Below are positions 19,547 through 28,510 of a stretch of DNA of 64,000 nucleotides, in pieces. Source of the stretch: a virus (Duplodnaviria > Caudoviricetes); IMG/VR virus record IMGVR_UViG_3300025600_000018, positions 7,629-71,628 of that record; one strand, given 5' to 3'. Made by a program: the position numbers and the translations under genes. The number at the start of each line of letters is the position of its first letter. Within the stretch, counting starts at the first letter, position 1. The notes under the pieces were generated by a model. The model made no database searches. It saw only the letters and a list, made by a program, of their open reading frames with translations, and had not been told where the DNA came from.

Positions 19547-19688
19547 ATTTTTCCCCTTCTGTCTTTTTGAGGTCGGCAACAATCAAATCAACGATGTATT
19601 TTTTTAGAAATTTACCTTTTCTCAGAGCTTGCATTTTAACCTCTAAATAAAATTTTTCATCGACCTCAAAATGGATTTCCTTTGCCAC
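19545..19688 (-). CDS. 47-aa ribbon-helix-helix-like protein
   Basis: GGAGGTG SD then GTG at 19688: MAKEIHFEVDEKFYLEVKMQALRKGKFLKKYIVDLIVADL, a beta-alpha-alpha RHH pattern. Confidence 0.6.
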   Translation of the reverse strand: MAKEIHFEVDEKFYLEVKMQALRKGKFLKKYIVDLIVADLKKTEGEK

Positions 19689-19760
19689 AAATAATATGTC
19701 ACCTCCATATTTTACCCCATTCGTGGTAATGTTGTCAATAGACATTTGCACAAATAAAAA

Positions 19761-19809
19761 GAACAAATGTTTATATACTAATTATAATGGAATATTGCGA
19801 TATTGTCAA
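19761..19809 (-). promoter_or_regulatory. sigmaA promoter with LexA (Cheo) box just downstream of +1
   Basis: TTGACA (19804-19809)-17-TATAAT (19781-19786); GAACAAATGTTT at 19761-19772. Confidence 0.65.
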
Positions 19810-19904
19810 GCTGTTTTTATACGTTATATTAAGCAAATATATTTTATTTTAATTGTTTATTATTAAAGATTCAAGCTGTTTATTAGACAACTTGAATAAA
19901 AAAT

Positions 19905-20825
19905 CTATATTAAATTCTCATACTTCCTTTTTGTAATTTTAGAATCTTTATTATTAATATTATATATTTCACTAATATTTTCCCAATCCAAGTCTGATAC
20001 TTCTCCTTTTGCTTCTTTACATTGTTTTGCCAAGTCAATTAAACCAGAAAAGAATATATTGTTTGGACTCAAGAACGGATTACCAACATATTTTTTTATT
20101 GCTCCAAAACTTTCCCTGATAGAACTCTTATTAAATACTCCTATTTTATTTTTACCTGCTGGACGAATTACATATTGTGATGGATTAATTGTAAAAAACA
20201 TTACTCCAGTTTGACCTTCAAAATTTCCATTACTTCGTAAATATTCGGTTTGCTCAATTGCACCCTGCAAAATATTATAAGTTCTTTCTGAAATTGGAAT
20301 TTTTCGGTTTGGCAGAACAATTCTATTAGGCAATACATCATCTTTTGTTAAATTACGAATTTCTTCTAACTCCTGACCTCTGACACCTACGAATAATAAT
20401 TCCAATAATGCTCTATCTCTTTCATTTACTAAAATCTTATCTTGCATTTCAGTTAATTCTTCTCTGGTAATATATTGATTTGCGACATAACCCTTATTCA
20501 AATACCGATTTTCATTTAATGTTAAGGTTGCAAACCAATTAGTTCTACTCGGAACACAGCCCTTTTCAATGCAAAATGTCATATATGATTTTAACCTTGA
20601 AATATTTGCATTTACAATGCCCTTACTTCTATTAGGATATGATTTTAATAATTCATCACATTCAGTAGAATTAAATTCACAAACATCTTTGTCAAGCATA
20701 TCTTCGGTCTGTGCAGCAACAGAAAATATATGCTTAAAATTATTAATTGTTCCATCTGCTATCATAAGTTCTTTTAGTTTTTCATAAAATTCTAATTTTA
20801 GATTTTCTCTTTCTTGTTTATTCAT
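19905..20825 (-). CDS. Tyrosine-recombinase-fold protein lacking HxxR; MrpR/YopR-like repressor candidate
   Basis: RDRALLELLFVGVRGQEL box I present; box II reads SPNNIFFSG instead of HxLRH. Confidence 0.65.
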   Translation of the reverse strand: MNKQERENLKLEFYEKLKELMIADGTINNFKHIFSVAAQTEDMLDKDVCEFNSTECDELLKSYPNRSKGIVNANISRLKSYMTFCIEKGCVPSRTNWFATLTLNENRYLNKGYVANQYITREELTEMQDKILVNERDRALLELLFVGVRGQELEEIRNLTKDDVLPNRIVLPNRKIPISERTYNILQGAIEQTEYLRSNGNFEGQTGVMFFTINPSQYVIRPAGKNKIGVFNKSSIRESFGAIKKYVGNPFLSPNNIFFSGLIDLAKQCKEAKGEVSDLDWENISEIYNINNKDSKITKRKYENLI

Positions 20826-22050
20826 GTGTAACTACCTCTTTAAAATTATTAGCAAATGCTTTAGTAATAGTGGCATAAATAATTCTTGTTAAATCATTTT
20901 GGGTTATAACTAAATCTGTTGAAGGTTTGCTTTGTACATATAAGTTGTATAATTTTACTATTGCTGAAAACCATAAACTCTCATTCGTTTCAATAAGATA
21001 ATCTGGATTACTTTCAATAAGCATATTTAATCCATCTATAATGAATTTACTTTGTTTTATCATGTCCATATTATTTTGTGGATTAAATGTATAATTAATC
21101 ATTTTGAGCAGTCGTGGATAGAGAATTAGTCCTTGACTATTTTTGATAAAGGCTTCGTCATTTACAATTTTCTCTTTTAGATAACTTGGATGTTCGTTTA
21201 GCTTTTTAACAAGTTGATTAGAAAAATTATTATTATCAATTGTCTTAATATAATTTGTATTTATTTTATTTCTTTTATCTTCTTGGACTATAAAATTCTG
21301 TGCTTTTGATATATCAAAATGAGTTATCATTATTCCAGTTGTATAGTTGATATTCTTATTCTCTTTAAGTGCCTGTATCATACCTAGTGACCTATGCCAT
21401 CCATCTGTCAAGGCAATATCACCATCGGTTATTATGAGTGTTCTTGACTTTGTATTATAATTAAAATCTTCTTTTCCATTTTGCTCAATATTAAGAGTTA
21501 TAAAATTTGAAACAAACCTATTGTTTAAAATATCATCTTTAATACTCCTGACTGATTCCTTGTTTGTGCTGATTTCTGAAATAATACTACCTTTATATTC
21601 TTTTAATTTCAATCCTCTTTGTGTTTCAGGATTATATTGTATACGCTGGGTATCAATCTTCTCATTAAATTCTTGTATTGATAATTTTCCAGCCCATTGA
21701 TTCTCATTAATTTGGATCATATCTGTAAAAATTAATGGATCATTGGAGGTATCAATATTCTCAATCTCATATTTTTGTGCTTCTTCTATCTCTATTGGAT
21801 AAAAAAACTTAGCTGGATTAAGTGCCTCTGATTTAGTTACATCAAATAAAGCAATAGTAAACAAGCATAAAACTATAAAACTAAATGTTTCCATTGGAGT
21901 ATTCATGAAAATGAAATCATTAACATCGCTTAGTTTAAAACCTTTCGTTTTCATTATTTCAAAAATAGATGCTTTAAAATTTCGGTTCTGTGAATACTCT
22001 CGCAGTGCTGATTTTAATTTGCTTTCAAGCAAGCTTCTATCAACTATCAT
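20818..22050 (-). CDS. DGQHR/DndB-like (ParB/Srx superfamily) domain protein, YopQ-like
   Basis: QYNPETQRG and LTDGWHRSLG motifs; overlaps the downstream recombinase-fold gene. Confidence 0.7.
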   Translation of the reverse strand: MIVDRSLLESKLKSALREYSQNRNFKASIFEIMKTKGFKLSDVNDFIFMNTPMETFSFIVLCLFTIALFDVTKSEALNPAKFFYPIEIEEAQKYEIENIDTSNDPLIFTDMIQINENQWAGKLSIQEFNEKIDTQRIQYNPETQRGLKLKEYKGSIISEISTNKESVRSIKDDILNNRFVSNFITLNIEQNGKEDFNYNTKSRTLIITDGDIALTDGWHRSLGMIQALKENKNINYTTGIMITHFDISKAQNFIVQEDKRNKINTNYIKTIDNNNFSNQLVKKLNEHPSYLKEKIVNDEAFIKNSQGLILYPRLLKMINYTFNPQNNMDMIKQSKFIIDGLNMLIESNPDYLIETNESLWFSAIVKLYNLYVQSKPSTDLVITQNDLTRIIYATITKAFANNFKEVVTHE

Positions 22051-22084
22051 AATTAAATCTCCTTTTTATATTTCTTATATTACT

Positions 22085-22113
22085 ATTATATATTATTTGT
22101 TTAAGAATTACAA
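22085..22113 (-). promoter_or_regulatory. sigmaA-type promoter for the DGQHR gene
   Basis: TTGTAA-17-TATAAT. Confidence 0.55.
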
Positions 22114-22191
22114 TGCAAAATTAATCCAAACTTTACAAATATATTATTAAACTTTTGTGAAATATTAACACAAATGCTTTTATTTTAATTG

Positions 22192-22497
22192 TTATATAGC
22201 TATTTTTTGCTTTAATAAACATGGATTAACTGTAAACAGAACTCCTTTATGAGTGTAAATACTATCAAGTGCGTGTTCCAGAGTTGATTTTAAGCCTTGA
22301 GTATGATAAATATTCTTTTTGCCAAATTTATTTTGATGGTATAAGGTATATTGTCTTTCTCTTTTAGCATGATAAGTGATTTTCCAATTATCTAATCCTG
22401 TGTCAATGAATAAAGTGTCAGTTGCTGGAAAATATTGTGGTCTTAAATTATATTTTGTCGTTAATGTTTCAATTTCTTGCTGATTCATTGTTGTCAC
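22192..22497 (-). CDS. Hypothetical protein
   Basis: 101-aa ORF within the recombinase cassette. Confidence 0.55.
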   Translation of the reverse strand: MTTMNQQEIETLTTKYNLRPQYFPATDTLFIDTGLDNWKITYHAKRERQYTLYHQNKFGKKNIYHTQGLKSTLEHALDSIYTHKGVLFTVNPCLLKQKIAI

Positions 22498-22515
22498 TCC
22501 TTTTATTTTGATTAT

Positions 22516-23439
22516 TTAACTGATATTAACTGCATTTCGATATTTAATTAATCTTTGCTTAGATGTTTCTGAATATATTTGAGTTGTTTTTAAGTCTGTA
22601 TGTCCCATCATTTTTTGTATAACTTCTAATGGAATATCATTTTCTTGCGATGTATTTCCAAAAAAGTGCCTAAGACTATGAGTATGAAGTTTTGTTACAT
22701 CAACATAAGCTTTATTAAATACCCTTTTTACCATCTTTGCCATACCTTCAGAAGTTATTTCAGAACCATTTAATTGGATAAATAACTGTTTCGTATCTGT
22801 TTTAGGTCTATTAATTAAATATTCTTTTAAAGGCAACAAACAAGCATCCGACAGAGGAATATCTCTTTCTTTATCTCCTTTACCTCTCATTACAGTTAAA
22901 ATACCATCTTTTATATCGCCTAATTGTAAGTCTGTTAGTTCAGAGAGCCTTAATCCAGTATTCATAAAAAATACAATAATGCAATAATCTCTTGATGGGA
23001 ATTTAGTTTTTTTGCTTACTTCTAAAATATCTTTTGCTTCATCGGAATTAGGGAACTTTGGTTTTCTTTTAATTATTTTACCTGTTTTAAGTTTTTTGGG
23101 AATATATAGAGTATCTTCATCAATTAATTTGGCATCTTCATATAACCAATTATAGAAACTGCTTAATGTTCTAATCCTTCTTTTTTTTGTATTTTCACAA
23201 ACATCAGTTGAGCCTAAAAAATCATAATAATCCTGTTTTGTAAGTGACTTAATAAAATCAATGTCAATTTTAGATATGCCTTTCGCTTTCATTATAAAAT
23301 TATAAATTAATTTCAGATCATTGGAGTATGATGCTATTGTTTCAGGTGACTTCTTTTCAATCTTTTCTTTAGAGTCTAAAAACCTATCACATATTTCTGG
23401 AACTATATCTCTCCCTATTTGCTTTTTCATTGTATCCAC
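22516..23439 (-). CDS. XerC/D-like tyrosine recombinase with intact catalytic residues
   Basis: TGLRLSEL, GKGDKER, HSLRH, GHTDLKTTQIY. Confidence 0.9.
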   Translation of the reverse strand: MDTMKKQIGRDIVPEICDRFLDSKEKIEKKSPETIASYSNDLKLIYNFIMKAKGISKIDIDFIKSLTKQDYYDFLGSTDVCENTKKRRIRTLSSFYNWLYEDAKLIDEDTLYIPKKLKTGKIIKRKPKFPNSDEAKDILEVSKKTKFPSRDYCIIVFFMNTGLRLSELTDLQLGDIKDGILTVMRGKGDKERDIPLSDACLLPLKEYLINRPKTDTKQLFIQLNGSEITSEGMAKMVKRVFNKAYVDVTKLHTHSLRHFFGNTSQENDIPLEVIQKMMGHTDLKTTQIYSETSKQRLIKYRNAVNIS

Positions 23440-23483
23440 TCCTTATTATTGTTTATATTATATTATATGTGTTCTATAAGTTA

Positions 23484-23511
23484 ATTATACACTTTATTTC
23501 GTATTTGTCAA
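23484..23511 (-). promoter_or_regulatory. sigmaA-type promoter for the recombinase cassette
   Basis: TTGACA-16-TATAAT. Confidence 0.65.
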
Positions 23512-23546
23512 TGATTATTTTTAATATATTTATATTAAGTTTTTAC

Positions 23547-24245
23547 TCATTGAAATTTACTGACTGTTTCCAGTTGCTCTTTATACTCATATGAATCTAA
23601 TACATACTTAGGCTGGTGCTTATGCTTTTTAATATATGTAGCATATCCATTTATACCAAGTCCATAAGCTCCAACAACTGCAAAAGCAAGATAATCATCA
23701 AAATATCCTTCATCCATGTAATAAATCTCAAGGTCTTTTAATTTTCTTGTTGCAACCTCAATGTTCTGTCTTGCATTAAATGGATTGAAGTTAGTTATAT
23801 TATATTGTTTTGCCCAACCCTTATAATATGAACTACTTAATTGCATCAATCCGTCATAAGTAGTCCAACCTACTCTATTCCTTGCTTTAACTGTCATTCG
23901 GCTTTCTTCCCACATAATTGACAGGACAAGTGTATATGAGAAGTTAAGCCTATTGCAGAGGTCAAATGTGTACTGTTGCAAGTCTATTGGTAAGGTTATG
24001 GCGTACTGCGGTAATGGTGGTATAGTTTGTTCAATAACTGGTGTAATAGGTGTTACAGGCTCTATTTGAGGTTCTATTGGCTGATCTGATTGAGTTATTA
24101 TAATTGTTGGTATATTTACTAATTTTATATTAATTGTCTTAGCATAAGCAGTTAAACCACTTATTGTTGCAAATATGAACATAACGGCTAAAAATAGAGA
24201 AACTAACCTTATTTTGTGAGTTTTAGTTCTATATAATAATATCAT
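23547..24245 (-). CDS. Exported SLT-domain lytic transglycosylase
   Basis: N-terminal signal/TM, Pro-rich linker, SIMWEESRM, GLMQL, NPFNARQNI. Confidence 0.75.
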   Translation of the reverse strand: MILLYRTKTHKIRLVSLFLAVMFIFATISGLTAYAKTINIKLVNIPTIIITQSDQPIEPQIEPVTPITPVIEQTIPPLPQYAITLPIDLQQYTFDLCNRLNFSYTLVLSIMWEESRMTVKARNRVGWTTYDGLMQLSSSYYKGWAKQYNITNFNPFNARQNIEVATRKLKDLEIYYMDEGYFDDYLAFAVVGAYGLGINGYATYIKKHKHQPKYVLDSYEYKEQLETVSKFQ

Positions 24246-24308
24246 TTATTTTCTTTATCATCCTTTGTTTTTTTTATTATTGTCACGAAATCTGTATTTT
24301 ATTAAGAG

Positions 24309-24893
24309 TTATAAATCAATTGTTTTTTCTAAATTAATTTCATATTCTTTCATAAGCTCTTCTTGATTTAAAATAAGTTCTTTTACTGTTTCTTGTCTTT
24401 CGTTTTCGTTTTTTATCCAGCTACAGTAATTTGATTCATTATAATATTTTATAGTTTCCTTTGATGAATCTATTCGTTTTTTCCAAAAAAGTTTATTAGA
24501 ATATAAAAATTCTTCTTCGGCTCTATATCCATATCTTACAGATATATGATTTTTATCTATCCACATAACTGTTTTACAAGGGAAATTATTATTACTAATA
24601 TTTGCATATTCCGATGCATCACGTAGATTTTTACATGGATGATAATCAACATCTAAAATTATATTATCTCTTTCCTCTAAATCATGTTCTATTAATTTAG
24701 ATAAATATAAAATAAATTTATCTTTGCTATCATTAATTACTGGCTCAACAAGCATACTGGCTAATGCCATTCCTAAGAATCCAGTAGAACTATTATCTCC
24801 ATTGTCAAACTTTGGATCAGAAATTTTATCTACCCACCATTCAGCAGCTATTTTTGCTATTTCTTGAATATTTTTACCCATAATTTTCTCCAT
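24309..24893 (-). CDS. Hypothetical protein
   Basis: 194-aa ORF flanked by palindromic sites. Confidence 0.55.
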   Translation of the reverse strand: MEKIMGKNIQEIAKIAAEWWVDKISDPKFDNGDNSSTGFLGMALASMLVEPVINDSKDKFILYLSKLIEHDLEERDNIILDVDYHPCKNLRDASEYANISNNNFPCKTVMWIDKNHISVRYGYRAEEEFLYSNKLFWKKRIDSSKETIKYYNESNYCSWIKNENERQETVKELILNQEELMKEYEINLEKTIDL

Positions 24894-24917
24894 TCTTATT
24901 TTAATTGAAATACTGTT

Positions 24918-26243
24918 TTATACTAACTTTAATAATTCATTCTTATTATTTAACTCTGGATTTTCAATAACCATTTCCACAAGTCTATTAATAACATCTC
25001 CTATTTCTTTACCTTGTTTAAATCCAATTTGAATTAAGTCGTTTCCATTAATAGCTAAATCCTTTTTATCAAAACATTCCTTTGTAATTAATACATCTTC
25101 AAGAATCAATTTGATTTTTTCTAACTTATCACACCTATCTTGATAATATTCTAAATTTTGAGCCTTTATATCAGCTTCTTTTACTTTCAATAAATCTCTA
25201 AAACTTTCTTCTCCGATTTTGTTTAATAATTTTTTAACCGATTTTCTGCTATCAGATATTTCCATATCATGATATAAAATTAATTCTTTGACTTTTAATA
25301 TAGTATCATTGTCATATTTTAGTTTTCTAAGAATCTGTTCTGATAATTCAGATGATACTTCTGCATGACCATAAAAATGTCCAATACCATTTTCATCAAC
25401 AGTTTTACATTGAGGTTTAGCAACATCATGTAATAACATTGTTAGTCTTAAATATAAAGTTTTCTCTATAAAGTTAGCACTATTTGTTAAATGTTTTCCT
25501 ACACTAAAACAATGGTATGGATTATCTTGATTAGTCCAAAAACAAATATCTAATTCAGGTAAGTGATATTTTAATAACTTATAATAATTAACCGTATACA
25601 TATCAAGAGGATTTGACATTAATATTTTATTTATTTCTTGTGAAATTCTTTCTGCGCTAACATTTTTAATTAATTCTGAATTATAATGAATTGCATCATG
25701 TGTAAGTTTTTCAATGTTAAATCCCAATTGTGCTTGAAATCTTACTGCTCTAAGCATCCTTAACGCATCTTCTTGAAATCTATTATTGGGATTACCAACA
25801 CATTTTATAGTTTTTAAAACAATGTCACCCATTCCAAAAAACGGATCAATCAACCCCTCATCATAATTAAATGCCATTGCATTAATTGTAAAATCTCTCC
25901 TTGATAAGTCCTCTATTAAAGAATTAGTAAAAGTCACTTCATCAGGTCTTCTATTGTCAGAATAATCACCATCAATTCTAAACGTAGTTACTTCATAATT
26001 TTCATCATTTATAACAATAGTTAATGTTCCATGTTTTAAACCTGTTGGAATGACTTTAAATTCAGAAAACAACATAATCATCTGATCTGGTAATGCATTA
26101 GTACATATATCCCAATCTTTTGGAGTTTTATTTAACAAATTATCTCTTACGCAGCCACCAACAATATACCCCATAAACCCATTATCTTTTAACTTTTTTA
26201 AAATAATATTTACATCTTTAGGAATTACTATTTTAAAATTCAT
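24918..26243 (-). CDS. cca: CCA-adding tRNA nucleotidyltransferase with HD domain
   Basis: VGGCVRD, DWDICT, DLSRRDFTINAMA, EDALRMLRAVRF, LLHDVAK. Confidence 0.9.
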   Translation of the reverse strand: MNFKIVIPKDVNIILKKLKDNGFMGYIVGGCVRDNLLNKTPKDWDICTNALPDQMIMLFSEFKVIPTGLKHGTLTIVINDENYEVTTFRIDGDYSDNRRPDEVTFTNSLIEDLSRRDFTINAMAFNYDEGLIDPFFGMGDIVLKTIKCVGNPNNRFQEDALRMLRAVRFQAQLGFNIEKLTHDAIHYNSELIKNVSAERISQEINKILMSNPLDMYTVNYYKLLKYHLPELDICFWTNQDNPYHCFSVGKHLTNSANFIEKTLYLRLTMLLHDVAKPQCKTVDENGIGHFYGHAEVSSELSEQILRKLKYDNDTILKVKELILYHDMEISDSRKSVKKLLNKIGEESFRDLLKVKEADIKAQNLEYYQDRCDKLEKIKLILEDVLITKECFDKKDLAINGNDLIQIGFKQGKEIGDVINRLVEMVIENPELNNKNELLKLV

Positions 26244-27261
26244 TATTTATCACTCTTTCATTTACACTCATAACAAATTCTTCAATGTGTTTATAATTAG
26301 GATTTTTAGGTAATGATGTGTTATTTTTAGCATATTCAAGTTTTTGTTCATAACCATTTATTATTTCAAAAAATTCAGATTGATACGAACCATCTTCATT
26401 CATGTATTTGCCATTCCTTATTTCCATTAATAATTCAATATCATTTTCTCTATAAGTGTTTATTTCTTCCTTTTCAAGTATATCTAAACACATTAAATAT
26501 AATCTTATTAAGTGCATAGCATGTTTATTAAGATGCTGTTCGTCCTTTTTATTATTTCGCTTGTTTAACTTATTAAAATCTTTCATAATATTATTCATTT
26601 CAGAACATATACCTAAATAATCTCTAAGAGGATATTTCTTTAAGTTTACATCCATATAAATTTCTTCACCGAAATCTGTTTTGTTAGAATTATCAATAAA
26701 TAAGTTAATACTTCCATTATCAAACTCGGTATATCTGTCACTAAATGATAACATATTATTTTTCAAGTTATTTAGTATATGTTTTTCTTTTTCATTATCA
26801 GATACCCTATCTCTTGCTATTGCATTTTTTAATCTCATTAGCTGTTGATTAGCATATCCACCAAAACTATAAGAAGCTCTTTGTGATAAGAAAAGTTTTT
26901 TATTATCCAATAAGGATTTTCCTATATCACTTAAAATAAAATAATGTTCTGGTTTGCATCCAAGTATCTCAATAGTATTTGGATTACAATTTGAAATTAA
27001 AGAAATTACTTTATTAAAACTAAAAATTGTAGTATCAGTTTCATTATTTATAAACTGCTCAAAACTTGATAATCCTATTAAATCACTTCTTTGGTTCAGG
27101 GTAATACCCCTTACGTCCAAATCTGAATTTTTGTTACTTGTACCGTATGCATGACTACCACCTAATGTAAGCATAATAATATTTTTACCAAGTAATTTGT
27201 CATTTCTTAAAAAATCATACTCACTACTATTTATTTTAAGTTTTATATCATTTGTTGTCAT
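26233..27261 (-). CDS. Pol-beta-superfamily nucleotidyltransferase (Nuc-transf/YcgL-like)
   Basis: GGSHAYGTSNKNSDLDVRGI, NPNTIEIL, KHAMHLIRL. Confidence 0.8.
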   Translation of the reverse strand: MTTNDIKLKINSSEYDFLRNDKLLGKNIIMLTLGGSHAYGTSNKNSDLDVRGITLNQRSDLIGLSSFEQFINNETDTTIFSFNKVISLISNCNPNTIEILGCKPEHYFILSDIGKSLLDNKKLFLSQRASYSFGGYANQQLMRLKNAIARDRVSDNEKEKHILNNLKNNMLSFSDRYTEFDNGSINLFIDNSNKTDFGEEIYMDVNLKKYPLRDYLGICSEMNNIMKDFNKLNKRNNKKDEQHLNKHAMHLIRLYLMCLDILEKEEINTYRENDIELLMEIRNGKYMNEDGSYQSEFFEIINGYEQKLEYAKNNTSLPKNPNYKHIEEFVMSVNERVINNEF

Positions 27262-27520
27262 TTTTACCTCCTAAATTGTTTATAAAATATTCGTTTCGTA
27301 CTAAGTTTTCTTTTTATCTTTTGTTTTACACTCAATACATTTAATAGTTTTCCCAACCGACCATCCCTTTTTTCTTATTATTCTTATCATTGTACCTTTA
27401 GTAACAATATAGTCCCAATGTAATGATGATCCACATTTATCACAAGTTATACCAGAATAAATACCCATTAATTTCTCCTTTCATTACAAATTGTTTATTT
27501 TAAATACACTTTAGTTATAA

Positions 27521-27706
27521 CTATTTATTTGATACTTCATTTATATAATTGAAAAATAATAAAACTAATAATCCTATAAAACATATAATTCCCCATACTA
27601 ATAAATTTGTTGTAATAAATTTTCCTATAAATATTAGTATTAATATAAATGCTAAAAAACCTAATGTTACTTTTAAAATATCATATGCCATATTTTCTTT
27701 CTCCAA
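27521..27706 (-). CDS. Small membrane protein
   Basis: Two transmembrane segments. Confidence 0.5.
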   Translation of the reverse strand: MEKENMAYDILKVTLGFLAFILILIFIGKFITTNLLVWGIICFIGLLVLLFFNYINEVSNK

Positions 27707-27728
27707 TCATAATAAAAGTTAATTTTAA

Positions 27729-27917
27729 TTACTCTTTATAAAATAATCTATCTTCTTCTTTTTGCTTTTGAAGTGCATCAATAGCCATTTCAAGATACAC
27801 TACATTTCTATTACCATATTTCATCCTAAAATTTTCACATAAATTATGAAGATTTTGAATTGCCTCTTCTTTGTGTATTTGTTCATCTTCTGGGATATGT
27901 CGAATATTTACTATCAT
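27729..27917 (-). CDS. Hypothetical protein
   Basis: ORF with SD, bounded by palindromes. Confidence 0.5.
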   Translation of the reverse strand: MIVNIRHIPEDEQIHKEEAIQNLHNLCENFRMKYGNRNVVYLEMAIDALQKQKEEDRLFYKE

Positions 27918-28235
27918 TTTAACTCCTCTATTCTTTATAAAAGGTTCATTTCATATACAATTTTTTACTTTTTGATTTTAATATGAGTATAATAATCGTT
28001 GTCTATTTTATAGACTTTGTTTTTTGTCGCCCAATTCGGAAACATCATTAACTCAATATTAAATTTATTATTAAAATCAGCATTTAAATAATTAAGAATA
28101 TCATTTTGAATACTTCCATTATTATTTAATTTTTCTAATGCTAAAGTCTTTCCATAAATACCATTAGTTATTTGTAAATACTTCTGTTTAAATGATTCCG
28201 TAATATCTACTCCTCACCAAATGCTCAATTTATTA

Positions 28236-28484
28236 TTAATTATTTGTGATTTTACCTACTGGACTAACAAACAGCCAATATTTACCACTTGATTGTTTTG
28301 TTATTCTAATATTAAATTCACCACTTCTTTTAGTTCCTATTAATATACATTTTTCATTTGAATTTTCAACGCTTTCTGGAGGAATACTTGAATTATCTGG
28401 ACTCCCCAAATCATAATAATCCGCTATTTCTCTTTCAATAATTGAATAATATAAATTATCAATAATAATGCTTAATGCTTCCAT
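28236..28484 (-). CDS. Hypothetical protein
   Basis: 82-aa ORF with SD. Confidence 0.5.
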   Translation of the reverse strand: MEALSIIIDNLYYSIIEREIADYYDLGSPDNSSIPPESVENSNEKCILIGTKRSGEFNIRITKQSSGKYWLFVSPVGKITNN

Positions 28485-28510
28485 TTAAATTTTCCTTTCT
28501 TCATAAAATA

